The notes: a model not told the origin generated them from the sequence alone. 62,934 nucleotides of DNA, filler included, from Olpidium bornovanus S191 (GCA_017911155.1; 29 parts of 29 records of this genome joined end to end with filler, not necessarily neighbours in it); one strand, 5' to 3'. Numbered from the whole stretch's first letter, positions 46,388-58,868 are shown. Translations and numbers: made by a program.

Positions 46388-48012
46388 TGCTGCTGCTACC
46401 TGCAGGAAGAGCGTTTTTCAACCTCGGATGGATTGCCAACGCCGTGACGGGATTGGTCGAGGCGGCACTTGCGACGCGGAGAGTTTTCATCTGCCTCAGA
46501 GGGATTGCCGGCATTGCGACTGAGGCACCTTCTTCCCCCCGGCCGGTAGAGGCGCTCCCGCTCACCGAGCTGCTGGCACAGCATGTCCACCTGCTGCGCG
46601 TGCAGGTCACAAGCCCTGGATGCGGCCGAACTCCACGTCTTGGTGAAATGTACGTCTTCAGAGCATTTTCGAGGCCGCCGCTGTTGGCCGCCGCGCCCGC
46701 GGCTGCCCGAGGGTGTTGCGCCGACGGTTCGGCCAGCCACCGGCGCTTTTGGAGATTCCCGCGATGACGCTCGCATCGGGGCAGGGGTGTGCGCTGAGCT
46801 GCTTGCCGATGACACCGGCCCGGCTAACACGCCAGGAAAAGCCCTCGGCGACCGCTTTATCGTTGCCGTTGCCTTCCCCCAGGTCACCATTGCTCAAGAG
46901 GTTGTCGTACAATGTTCAGACCGTCTGGGTCGTTAAGGTCTCGGGCCAGGCTTTTTCTCCTGCTGTAGATTCCAGGCCTCGTGCATGACGTCGATGTATG
47001 TCATGTTTGCCAAACGACAGAGCTTCCTGACATTAGGAGACATTCGAACTTGGTGCACAAAGTGTCCGCGTTCCGCTCGAGACGCCCATGAGCGCTGGCT
47101 TTGGCGTTGTACTGCATCGAGACCATCTTTCATTTGTCAGGTTCAATCAGCGCGACTTTGTGACCAAGTTCGGCCAGCCGCGAGGACTCGTCAGATGTGA
47201 AAGTTTTTTTAAGTCCTTGGCACGACCAGGCCAGGTGGCGTGTCCGGCCTCCGTGGCACAGGCACCTTGCACGCGGGTGGCAGCTTGTCGGTCTTCGCGC
47301 GTTTGCGTGACTGGCATTGCCGTCACCACTGGCGCCGTTGCCGACTGCGCTGTTGGCACTGTTGGCTGCTGCTGGAACCGCCGCCGTCGATCGAACCGGC
47401 GCTGTCGATCGACCCGCCGCCGGCGATCGGACAGCCGCCGACGCTGAATTCGGAGCAGAACGTGGTGTCACAAAAACCGCCGGCGGGCAGGCCGCTTTGG
47501 CGAAGGACGTGGGCGTGGACGCGTCAGAACCGCTCTTGGGTTAGACCTTCGGTGCGTTGCCGGCGCTGCGTGAGCCCCGGTTCGACCGAGATCAGTCTGT
47601 GCGCTGGCGCAGGCGTGATCGGCACCGACGCGATCGGCACCGGCGCGATCGGCACGGAGACAGAGGTTCCCCAAGGCGCAGCAGATTGCCCGGCAGCCTG
47701 CCGTCCCGACCTGGTTACCTCCAGCGTGGCTGGTGTGCCGTGTCCCGGTGTTGTTGTTGCGGCTGCGCGTCCGTGTTGTTGCGGGGCTGCGGAGGTTGCC
47801 GGACTGGACGCATCAGATGTCGCCGATCGCCGGGAGAAGACGGATCTCATCCTAGAAATCAACACCCGGCCTTTATCAAAGCTCGGTCACGTGACTCCCG
47901 CCTGGCAAAAATCAGGCATCCAACCCGCGCAAAAACCGATTTCCCCCGCCTTCTTTCCACCCCCGCACTTCCGGGAAGTCGGGAGTTGAGAAACGCCCCT
48001 GGCGGTGAAAAC

Positions 48013-49501
48013 ATGCAGGGCCAGGTGGTCGGAGACTCCGCGTCCGGAGAGGCCGCCGGCGCCGCGGAGAAGCAGCAGTTCCACCACCGGCCTGGTGGCA
48101 AACCGCAGGTGCCTCACTACCAGCAGCATACTCCCAAGCAGGCGGCATACACGCTCCCTGGCGTGCTCTACTTTTTGCAGGCCGAGGCGCGGCGGTTTGA
48201 CCGCGAGCGCAACGAGTGGGAGATCCAGAAGGCTGAACTCATGGTGGGGTAGCCGTGGCTGGCGAGCAGGCGGTTGTTGGGGACCGCCGTCCCCGTCGGG
48301 AAAAGCGCCACCGGTGCTTCGCTGAAAGCGGGTTACCGCGCGAAAAGCCTTAGGCTTGACTTCCGCGCGATTACTAAGACGGCGTATTTTCGGGACCCTT
48401 CGTCGCTTCCCCCATCTCCTTGGTCTTATTACTCTGTCGCTGGAAGGCGCGTGTCGCCTCGTTGGAGGGGGAGCGACGGGCGAACGAGAGGGCAAAAATC
48501 GACCTTACGCGGCGTGTTCAACTGCTGGAGTTCGCGCTCCGGCAGGAAAGGTAACTCTCGTTGTACGGCTGGGGCAGCTGCTCGAACTGTCCGTCCTCTC
48601 GGTTTGTTTACCTTCGTACCGCGTTGCAAAGGAACAAGCACGTGGCAACGCGGTCGAACCATTCGCCCGATGAATCTGCGTACACCTCGGCAGACGCCAA
48701 GGAGTCGAGTCGTCGTGGAGGACTTGAAGACGATTTACCGAGGGGTGCGTCGACGCGATTGGCGTAACCGAGGACTGATTGCTCTGCTCATGCATAGCTC
48801 AAGCCATTCTTCACGTGCGTGCCTGGCCATTGAAGAATGTCAACGACGAACTTTGGCGGAAGATTATGTCGGTGGGCTGCAGTCATTTCGAGAACCTAGA
48901 ACGAAGCACAGCGGTATTTGGAACGCCGTTAAGCTGTAAGCGCCTCACATCGTTGGCCGTTTTGGTAATCGGCGCAGAAGCGGGCGAATGACACACCTTC
49001 TGCGAAATTTGACGACAGATGAAAAACTTTTGGCCTTCCCGTCTCCGCAGGTGTCTCGAGGAGATCGACCGCGCGTCGGACTCTTTCGCCTACGAACCTC
49101 TCAGGAGTTCGCGGATCCCGCCAGAATCGTCCGAGTGCGCTGCGGCCACTCTGGTACAAAGCTGCTTCTCAGCGGATGGCCGAGCCGATGCGGCGTCGTC
49201 GCAGCCCTTTCAGAGGGCAGACGAGGAGTTGGCTTCCGTCGCACATGGTGAATCGCCAGCGTTTCCTCATCGGCATGCATCGGATGCGAGTCCTGCAATT
49301 GCGACTTTGCCGGGCAAGGCTGTCACGCCTGAAGATAGCTTGAGTCACCCAAGATCGCCCAGGCGAGAGTCTTTGCGGGACATGCCGTCGCCTGAAGATG
49401 GGATCCCCTCTGTGAAGACGTATCCCGGGGATAGTGCGGAAGTTGCTGAAACGCGCGCTTCTTTTGAAGCCGGAGGGGACGGCAAGAGTGAGATCTGCGA
49501 C
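48013..49501 (+). CDS. STRN: Striatin (STRIPAK scaffold; Pro11/Far8), 5' fragment, multi-exon
   Basis: YTLPGVLYFLQAEARRFDRERNEWEIQKAELM then RVASLEGERRANERAKIDLTRRVQLLEFALRQER, the striatin caveolin-binding and coiled-coil signature. Confidence 0.93.
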
Positions 49502-49602
49502 NNNNNNNNNNNNNNNNNNNNNNNNNNNNNNNNNNNNNNNNNNNNTTAATTAATTAANNNNNNNNNNNNNNNNNNNNNNNNNNNNNNNNNNNNNNNNNNN
49601 NC

Positions 49603-49728
49603 ATGCGTGAGCAGCACGTCTTCGACCCGCTCATCAGCAAGCGTCAACAGTTCCTCCTCGCTACACAGCTCGTCAAGATGATCCTGAAGATTGACGATGT
49701 GATCACTACGCACGCCTTTGAGGAGTAG
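49603..49728 (+). CDS. CCT5: Chaperonin CCT epsilon subunit, C-terminal fragment
   Basis: [41 protein letters not shown] is the CCT5-type C-terminus. Confidence 0.88.
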   Translation: MREQHVFDPLISKRQQFLLATQLVKMILKIDDVITTHAFEE

Positions 49729-50320
49729 GTGCCTTTCGCATTGGCGCGATGTTGCCAGCGGAATAGTTCGGGAAGAAGGGAGGTATAAAGCATTGTCGAA
49801 AATGGAATTGGATGGGTGATCCCCATCATCCGAAAGTGTTCGGTGGTTCCTGTGGTGCGGTGCCGTATACTTGGCGGCCGAGGCTACGACGTCTTCCGGG
49901 CACTTACTCTCAATGTGCTTTGGGCCGCGAAGGTACTTGTTGTCCTGTGAGGGATGCAAGAAGCAATGAAGAACGGAAAGTTAATGACAGCGCTTTTGCG
50001 GAATGCGCGGGGAAGGGAAAGACGGTCCCGAAAGCGAAAGGGCGTTTGCACCGCGTGAAGCGCGTCGGTTGCGGAAGGTGGCGAAGTTGGTCCAAACATG
50101 CAAAGCAGGATGGGATAAAATAGCACGTGCATTGCCAACAGTTCAACAACATGCGACGAACGCGGGGGTGTGCGTCGTGTGGGCATGCTTTGTGCATGAG
50201 AATGATCACCCCCCCCAACCCGCCCAACTGAAGTCGAATTTGAAGTTCCAGTGCGCTCTGCGTGTCACGTGGTCAACCTTCCGTTGTGGGCACAGCTCTG
50301 CTACCTTTTCGCCTTGTTGA

Positions 50321-50475
50321 ATTCAGGGTCAAAGGGAGCTTTGACGAGCTTCTTTATTCCGCTATTTTCCCCTGTTTTTTTTAGAGGGATTCAGGGGCAA
50401 ATTTTGGGTTGATTCAGGGGGTTGGATGTGCGTTGTGCTGCGCCCCTTCCCCGCTTTCCGACAGGGCGGGGGGGG
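50321..50475 (+). repeat. Dispersed repeat, copy 2 (copy 1 at 29420-29570)
   Basis: Colinear similarity to 29420-29570 on an unrelated contig. Confidence 0.85.
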
Positions 50476-51505
50476 GGGGGTTGTTCAGATTTCCATAGTC
50501 CGCGCGGTTTTTTTTTTCCTCCCGGAAGGCGCGGACACGCCCCGACGCAGCCCGGGAATCTCGCGCTGTTCCGATGAATTCTGCCGAATGCCTGGAGACG
50601 CGGGATCCCAGGATCCGGCCTTCCGCGAAAACAACTCCCCGGTTAAAAAAAAAGCTCCAAATTCGAACCGACACGGGCTTTGGACGGAAGGCAAATGGCG
50701 TTTGCTCACAACACTGCCGACGGCCAGGGGCACCTCTACAGAATACGGTAGGCCTTCTCCTGTATCGAGTCGGATACCGCGCGACGGATTCGCTCGATGG
50801 TCTGACACTTGGTGGGAAGTGTTATCGGCCCCCTGCGTAGCAGCGAAAGGGAAAAGAAGGAAATCATAGGTGAGGAGTCCAAATACCCAAAACCCGGAAA
50901 ACAGCAAAAATTCACGTCCGCGAATGCTGAGCCATACTGGTCGTCTCTGAACCGAACAGTGCGGATAGGGGGTACTAGTCGCGACGTGCCTAATGATGAA
51001 CCATTTGTGAGTTATGTATCGCCCTGGGCTTTCGAACCGGCCGTGGCGTGCGCGTCTAGAAGAGCCAAGGTCGAATTCTGCAGCAGCAGCAGCGGCGGCG
51101 GCGGCGGAAAGACCCACTCGTCAGAAACGCCCCTTTCCACACGGGCAAGTCTTTGACGTTGGGAAACCTCCACTGAAAAGGTATGCACATGNNNNNNNNN
51201 NNNNNNNNNNNNNNNNNNNNNNNNNNNNNNNNNNNTTAATTAATTAANNNNNNNNNNNNNNNNNNNNNNNNNNNNNNNNNNNNNNNNNNNNGAGGGGGGA
51301 ATTTGCGCTGGACGAGAGCCGTTCGTGTTTGTTTCCCTGCGCGTTCCGCGGGGCACGCGGCGGTGCCAAACGGCGGGAGGGGGAAAAGGGCAAGGGGGAC
51401 GGGGGGCGGGGAACACTCAGCTTTTCCGGGTGCCAGATTGACCCCCCCCCCCCCCTTAAAAGCTGACAATTTTGCGCGCGCGCGCGCAAACAAAAAAAAA
51501 ACCAG

Positions 51506-52125
51506 GGACGACGGAGGAAGAGACGTACAGGCACCTCCGGGACATGAACGAGCGGCTGAAGAACTTCATGCACAAGCAGGACGTGACCCTCAATGGCGGA
51601 AAACCAAAAGGGACCCTGCTCAAGGCCGCAGTGATCGACGCCGTGAAGAAGTTCTGGGGGAACAAGCCGAGGCCGGTGTCCTGCGACGTGCTGCAGAGCG
51701 TGAGCGGGGGAGGGGGGGGGTTCCTTTTAAGAAACGCCATTTATTCGGGAATCGTGCAAATTTTTTTCTAATTTTTTTTCCCAATGTTGTTTTTTTTTTT
51801 TTTTGTGTGTGGACGACGCGGAAGTCGCTTGATTCCGACCAGCCGGGCGCGGCCGTCACGTACAAATGGATCTTTCAGCACGCGGAGACCTCGCTGTTCA
51901 TCGATGTCATAAACGCCGCCGAGCTTGCGGCGATGGACAAGCTTCTCGAGAAATTATCAGTGAGAAGAGAGATGCCCGGCCCCCTTCCCCCCGCCCTCCC
52001 AGTTTTCCCCCCACTTTCGCCCCACGCAAAGATACCTTTTGCGCAGCAGCGTAGGCGAAATGGCCCCTTTTTATTTTATTTCTTTTTGCCGCGCAGCGGA
52101 AGAGATTTCCCCGCTCGCGTTTTTC

Positions 52126-52165
<40 letters not shown>

Positions 52166-52430
52166 CGCGGCGCGTTTTGACTGCAGGCCCGCCGGGTGAC
52201 ACTTTTTTGCGCGCGGTGGGCGGCAGGATTACCTCGCGGAGTCGTACGGTCTTTCCCGAGAGCTGTCCGCCGCGGACTGCACCCAGGCGTTGAGCCGGCT
52301 CGACGCCAAGCGAAAAAAGGCCGAGTTGAACCACTACGTCGCCCGAGGATTCGGCGTCTCCCGGGTCGAGAACATTAAAGTCGGCCAGACCGTCGAGATC
52401 GACCGGTTTGTCGCGGTGAGGCTACGGGTG
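51506..52430 (+). CDS. Unidentified spliced protein fragment (3 exons)
   Basis: Exons with GT/AG borders: TEEETYRHLRDMNERLKNFMHKQ...AVKKFWGNKPRPVSCDVLQS; PGAAVTYKWIFQHAETSLFIDVINAAEL...; DYLAESYGLSRELS...ENIKVGQTVEIDRFVA. Strong GC3 codon bias. Confidence 0.7.
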
Positions 52431-52431
52431 T

Positions 52432-52467
<36 letters not shown>

Positions 52468-52720
52468 CTCCACCAACGGAAGTGGCGAGGGGGGGGGGAA
52501 GAAGGGGAGGAGGGTTCCTGGGGTGGCCCGCCCACTTCCCCCNNNNNNNNNNNNNNNNNNNNNNNNNNNNNNNNNNNNNNNNNNNNTTAATTAATTAANN
52601 NNNNNNNNNNNNNNNNNNNNNNNNNNNNNNNNNNNNNNNNNNCCCCTTTCCCCTCTCCCCCCTCCCCGCCCTTCCCTCTCTCACTCAATTTGTACATGGC
52701 CCGGGAGCGCACGCGCGCGC

Positions 52721-52840
52721 GCGCGCCCGGCTTTTCTTTCTTTTCTTTCTTATTTTGCGCGCCCGGCTTTTCTTTCTTTTCTTTCTTTTCTTTCTTATTT
52801 TGCGCGCCCGGCTTTTCTTTCTTTACTTTCTTATTTTTTT
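52721..52840. repeat. Three pyrimidine-rich tandem units beginning GCGCGCCCGGCTTTTCTTTC
   Basis: Units start at about 52721, 52757 and 52802 with variable CTTTT copy number, in the 3' flank of the RING gene. Confidence 0.85.
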
Positions 52841-52923
52841 TCTTTTTTGTTTGTTTGTGGTGTTTTCGGGAAAGCCTTGTCTCCGGAAGTTTTTTTTTTG
52901 GGGGCGGGGAGGGGGTACTCGCG

Positions 52924-54114
52924 TCACCCGACGCGCGCGTCGTCGTCGCCCCGAACCGGCGTTTGCGGGCGCGGCGCCGGCGCGTCGCCGCTTCCCGCCG
53001 ACAGCACCCGCCGCAGCCGCTCGTGCCGCCTCCTTCGCTGCTCGCGGTTCTGTTCCCTGGCCGTCTCGTCGACGACGTTCCCGCGCTCCGCGTCTTCGCC
53101 GTCCGAACTCTCCGGCTCGAACACCGCCTCGGGAGGCGGGGGGCCGCGCGCCGGCCGCGGCGGCGGAGCGGATTCCGGACCCGCGGACGCCGCCGCCGCC
53201 GCCGCCAGGGCGGACCGCGACGAGGGGCTGCCCGCGCCTCCTCCCCCGCGAGGTGATCGCGACCGGACGGATTCCGGCGGTCGGGACGACGGCGACCGGG
53301 CCGCGCGCTCCGGCGACCCGTTGAGGGAGTTCGGCCGCGTGCCCAGCAGGGGCGTTGATTCGTCCGCGCAAACGTCCGCCTTGCATACCGGACACTTTGG
53401 GCGACGACAGCATCCACCACCACCCACCCCACGATCCAACAACGTGGTGCGGAAAGATTCTGGGTCAACATTGGTCACGCGCCGCCGACGCACGCAAGAC
53501 TCAAAACTCCGCCGCCCGCGAAAAGCTTACACATTTCTTCCGCGTTGTCAGCCACGGGTCTATACAGGCGACGTGGAACTCGTGGCTGCACGGCAGGACT
53601 CTCAGCTCGTCCTCGTCGGCAAAATCCTCCAGGCATATAACGCAGTCGACCGGTTCGCGGCTGCTTCGCTTGGCGGCGAAAAACGATTTGGTCGGCAGGG
53701 ACGAAACGTAGGTTGGCGGGGCCAAGTCGGACGGAAGTCGCGCCGAGTTCCTTGATCGCAGGCGGTACAAGGCGTAGATGAAAAAGAGCATCACCAGCGG
53801 CATGACGACCGTGATAATGACCACGTCGAGCATAGGCCTTCGGCAATCGTCACGGAGTTGCAAAAATTAAAATTTGATCAAAAAATGAGGGGGGGGAAAA
53901 AAAAATGAGAAAGAGAGGGCGCATCCAACCCATCGCGAGGAGGAATCGGGCAGCGCGGCCGCGGACTCACTGAAATGACTCGTCCTTAACCAGCATGACC
54001 ATCAGCGGCACGCGTGCCGTAAAAGGGTTACCCCGCTCGTTTATGACGGAGGCGAGGAACCGCAGCTCCCGGTATTGCGCTTGCGCGACGAAGACGGACG
54101 GGATTTTTATATCC
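52924..54114 (-). CDS. PA-domain / transmembrane / RING-H2 E3 ubiquitin ligase (RNF13/RNF167/RMR-like), 5'-truncated
   Basis: [13 protein letters not shown] (end of PA domain); TM helix [20 protein letters not shown]; [37 protein letters not shown]...CPVCK. Confidence 0.9.
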
Positions 54115-54214
54115 NNNNNNNNNNNNNNNNNNNNNNNNNNNNNNNNNNNNNNNNNNNNTTAATTAATTAANNNNNNNNNNNNNNNNNNNNNNNNNNNNNN
54201 NNNNNNNNNNNNNN

Positions 54215-54262
<48 letters not shown>

Positions 54263-55670
54263 AAATAGAGAAATAAAAAAGGAAACGGAGCGCCGGGCGC
54301 GGTGATGGAGTGGTGTTTAATTTTTCTTTTTCTTTCTCTTTTATTCTTTACGCGGCAAGGAGGACGTGGGTTTCGGCGGTTTCCGGCTCAGCGGCCTGAA
54401 AACAAAGCGTTCGCCCCCGAAGAGAATATGAAGGGGAAGGGGGAAAGGGCGCGGTGCTCGAACGGGAACGGCCGGGGTTCAGACGACGGCGGCGGCGAAG
54501 GCGGCCGGGTCGCGCGGCTCTACAAAACGTTCGACCGGGTCGAGTTTGAGATCCAGCCAGCACGTCGCCCTCTGGCTCAGGTCCGAGATCGGCTGAACTA
54601 CGGGTAGACCACAGCAAAGCTTATGGCCGCGGAGCGCCGCCTATCCCCCTCGCTGACCATTCCACAAAAAAGAACAATAAAAATGAAACAGAAACGCAGC
54701 AAATTTATTGGTTTTTTTTTGGCGACGTGGGAGGGAGGGGGGAAGGGGGAGGGTGAGGGGTGGGGAAAGTTCGTTTGAGTCCTGGTACCTCCGATGGTTG
54801 AATTCTTTCTATTTATTGTAAAAGAAAGGCGGTGAGGAAGGAAGGACGGTCTGCAAAGGAATCATTTGTTTACGACACGGGAACGGTCACGTGCTCTACG
54901 CATCAACGGTTTGACAGGAAGGCGGCCGCAAAAGGAAAAAAATAAAAAAAAAATGGAAAGTTTTTTGCCCCACACCACCACACCACCACAGATGTGGGTT
55001 TCTTCGTCACGGCGCGTGGCGGAGTGGGTTTGTACGAGCTGAACAAAAGAAACTGCCAGAGCGCGAGCGCCAGCGCCGCCAACACGCTCGTCGCCGCTCC
55101 GCCGTCTTTGGCTGGCGGTTCGCGGGGGTGTCCGCGGCTGCGAGGGAGATCTAGAAGTCGCAGGAAATGATCGGCCGCTTCACCGTCACGGAACGCAAGG
55201 GCAGACGCTGCTGCCCACCATCGACATGTCAGAAAGGTTAAGAGTAACTTATATTCGCAGCGCAAAGAAGACGGTAAGAGAAAAAAAGAAGAATAAAAGA
55301 ACGAAGAGAACGAAAACAAAAACAAGAAACGCAACAAAAAAAGAAACAAAATCTCATGTCGGTCTGTCGAAGCATCCTTCAAATGCTATGTGCCCGTTTT
55401 CGGCAGAACGCTTTAAAAAAATTATAAAAGCCTGGCAAATGGCATTTAGTTCGGAAAATACGGTCATTTGGGAATCAACATAAAAATAGCGAGCATCGCA
55501 CAGCTCGACTTCCGCGTGGGGGCGCTTGAGGTCACATCCTTCCGCAGCGAACAAGCGGGTTTGATTTCGGCATAAAGTACAATAATCGGAGCTTGGGTGA
55601 CGTGGGTGGGTGGGAGGGAAGGGGTGAACGTCTAACGATGGACTGGAAACACCCCGCCTGACAACTCACA

Positions 55671-56145
55671 ATGAACAAACAAGACGATCGGCCTTCCGAA
55701 GAACAGAAAACCTTGGCCGATTTTCCGCCCCGCGCATTCACTAGGCGTCTCGGGCTGTCCCGTCTAGTCGTCTTCCTAAAAGAAACATATAACCTACAGG
55801 GCAAAACCGAGCTCGGTTTTTTCGAGCTGGATAATGTTATCTTCGCTTACAGCGAGGAGGCTCCGGAAATGAAGAACCTGCGACAAAGAACGAAATTAGC
55901 AGCCAGCGTGAAAGATATCGGCTAACCACTATCACAAGTGGAACGTGCGAGGAATAACCGACAGAATCTCCGTAAACCTCGCGTACCATTTGTCAACCGA
56001 GGGGTCGACCGGGTTGGCGGGCTCCTTGTTCGCAGCAGGAATGGCCGAGATTGCAATATCATCGCGGGCGACTTTGTAGGGGCTCCCTTCGACAAAGACA
56101 TTCGTGCTAAAAGCGGAATTTCAAGGTCAACTCCACGACTCCATG
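55671..56145 (+). pseudogene. Possible decayed non-LTR (LINE) AP-endonuclease fragment
   Basis: A single reading frame with one internal TAA carries LVVFLKET and, about 90 aa later, RVPF...CNIIAGDF...DKDIR, resembling the EEP motifs VxLQET and IIxGDFN. The canonical Asn is absent. Confidence 0.3.
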
Positions 56146-56430
56146 NNNNNNNNNNNNNNNNNNNNNNNNNNNNNNNNNNNNNNNNNNNNTTAATTAATTA
56201 ANNNNNNNNNNNNNNNNNNNNNNNNNNNNNNNNNNNNNNNNNNNNCATGGTCTCCGCGCTCTCCGTCACACTTGTTACCGGCAGCAGAGACGCAACGGCG
56301 CCCTCGGCCGCCCTGCTTAGCACATCCACAATCCGGAACGTAAGCGTTTAACAGGCAATAAAAAAAAACAAAAAAACAAAAAAACGGTCGTCTCAACGAA
56401 AGCATATCAACCCGCAGTTCATAGGATCTC

Positions 56431-57125
56431 TTACTGGTTTTGCACGGCACGGACCGCTTGCTCAACTTCCGCCACGTTCTCGCCGAGAATGACCAGAGCC
56501 GGCCGCTTGTACTTTCTTTTGACGGTTTCCAATCTGGTGTCCAAGCAGCAGAGTGAGAAAAAGGTCTGACCTTGAACCGCTGGTGATGAAAAGGACGGGC
56601 GGGCGGGCGTTGGGGGAAGGGGGCGGGGAAGATACCTGGACACCACGCTTTTCAGGCTCGCCCCGAGTGCCGCGGGCTTTAGCTTTGCGCAGGCGGCGAG
56701 AAAGCAGACGAAAGCGCACGAAGACCGCGGAAACGTCACGTCCTGAAGGCGATTGGCAGGCAAGGTGATGTCAATCCGGGTTATGCGCCATGCGTTTTGC
56801 GGAATGGCGGACGGCGCCTTTCTTCCGGTTAAAACGGAGGGGCTCCGCCGCGACGGAGATACTTGCCGCCGGCAACCCCGGAGTCGTTTCGACCGCTAGG
56901 ATTTCAGCGGGGGAGCGATGTGAACATCGTCAGGTCGCGTTCGCGGAACGCGGTTCTTCGGTCTGGACGGGAACGCCTTAGCGCGCGGTTTTGTCGACAA
57001 CTGTCGGAGTGCCCGAAAAGGTCCTCACACCGCGCGCGAAAACCCAGTCGCGTGAGCTTCTCGCTCAAACCGTTCCACTCGTTGCCAAGGTCGCGGCTGA
57101 CCAAAGCTACTGGCTGGCCGGAAGG
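56431..57125 (-). CDS. Spliced protein fragment with a possible XPF/ERCC4-like fold (SPO16/SCRE- or FAAP24-like)
   Basis: ALVSRDLGNEWNGLSEKLTRLGFRAR ... DVTFPRSSCAFVCF...LKSVVS-RLETVKRKYKRPALVILGENVAEVEQAVRAVQN. One intron is phase-consistent; the upstream exon junction is unresolved. Confidence 0.35.
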
Positions 57126-58868
57126 CGGCGGCTGCGGCGGAGGCGGCTCCGCGCCGGCGTCCGCGAAGAGGGGTCTCGGTTCCGGCGTCGGAGGCGCCGG
57201 TGGCGGCCGCGGGTACCCGGGCGCAAAGGGCGCCGCCGGCTCGGGTGATGCCGCGGCCGGCGGTCGGGCCGCGCAACAGCTTTCGGGGAAGAACGCGGAC
57301 GGGGCGTAGCGGAACGACGATTGTCCGCGCGGCGGCGGGGGGCCGGCGCTCGGTTCGCTTCCGCGAGCCCACGTCAGGGCTGTCGGCGGCGAGGAAGAGG
57401 CAGCCGGAGACGGCGGGCGGGAGAACAGCCGGCAGGGCACCGGCCGCCGGACCGGCGATGACTGGCCGGCGGGGTTTCCCGCGGCGGCAGACATGTCGGT
57501 GTTCCGGCGCTTTCGACCGACCGGGCCGCTACTTGAGAGCCCCACGGGGTGGAAGGTTCACGTTCCCGATCTGTCTATCGCGTCCGCGTTCGTCCCTGTC
57601 GCGCGCCTGAAAGAGGAGGGGAGTTGGGCGGAGCGACGGACGGCGGCCGAAGGAACAGAAACGGTGGCGGCTGCGGCGCTCAAGCGTGTGATCGCCCGAG
57701 CGCGACTCGGAGCGCGTCGCCCCTCCATTTGCCCTCCTCGCCGCCCGCTTACTTGCAACTGCACCGCGATGGTTAATACAACCCGCCGGGTGGAGAGAGC
57801 TGGGGTGGGGGAGGGGGAGGAAGGTTGGGCAACCACTGCTTTACCGTCCCCGATGCGAAGCCGGTCGGTCAAAAGGTTCACGTAATCTGATCCTTGCGGC
57901 AGATGCTGCTTTTGGGATGACTTGCTCCCTGGAGAAACCACCGTGCGCACGCCGTCGGCGCGGACGCCCTTTGCACACACGCGGACCGTCTTTGGGCAGG
58001 CGTGTTCCATTCAACGCCTGCTCGGAAAACGCCCGTCCTTTCCCGCCCCACCCACCTCCCCTATTGTGACGGGAGAGGACGGGACGCCGGTCCCCCCTCC
58101 CCTCCCCCCCNNNNNNNNNNNNNNNNNNNNNNNNNNNNNNNNNNNNNNNNNNNNTTAATTAATTAANNNNNNNNNNNNNNNNNNNNNNNNNNNNNNNNNN
58201 NNNNNNNNNNAGGGCATAATAGCACCTGTCAAACGCTCGTTCTAAAGGGGGATTTCCTGGCGTCCGTAAGTTTCCGAATAGGACACCGGTTGGGCCCCCA
58301 AATAGGATGCCCGTTCACCGGTGGACATGTCAGACGGGGGGGGGGGGGGGGGGAACGTTGCGCGATGCTTGATGGCGGTTTTTTTTTTGCGGCCGCAGGA
58401 AGGAAGGGGGCGGGGCGGGGGGGGGGGGGGGGGGGGGCGGTTGGAGGGGGAAGGACTTGCGCAAGCTTCGGCGTTGTTGCGTGTCTTCCTCGAAAAAGGC
58501 GGTGGCCCCTTCCCACCTTCCTTTCCTGCAAACACACGGAAAAACTCGCACGCGCGCACGGCACGCACACGGGCGGATCAAAGTCGGTTCGGGCAGCACA
58601 CGGAGTGGAGGGAAGGGGGAGGTGGGGAAGTGGTAGCCGGTTCACGGTTCCGGACGCGCAAGACTTTTTCGCACGTCCTCTCCCTGAGCCGAGGAAAACA
58701 AACAAAAAAAAAATTAGGCGCGCGCGCGACGCGTCAGGCGAGCCGGGCGCGTTTTGTCGTCCCTGTAAACCGTCCTGGTTTTATCTCGCGCAGTCTGCGC
58801 GTGATTTTCACTGTTTTTTTTTTTCTTGGTTTTTTGGCTTTTTCTTTTTTCTTTTCTTTTTTTTTCAG

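Noticed and set aside
46202-47870. Possible decayed retroelement gag or divergent gene upstream of striatin
   Set aside because: Only vague knuckle-like resemblance with several stops, which is insufficient to call.
15180-49728. Apparent functional clustering (CCT3 with CCT5; STE11 with striatin, Raptor and RalGAP; CEP41 with dynein)
   Set aside because: These genes lie on different contigs joined by artificial spacers, so co-occurrence is coincidental.
50690-51190. Exon-like pieces on the minus strand (WRFPNVKDLPVWKG; RLVPPIRTVRFRDDQYG)
   Set aside because: Probably part of a gene, but the splice phases could not be reconciled and no product was recognised.
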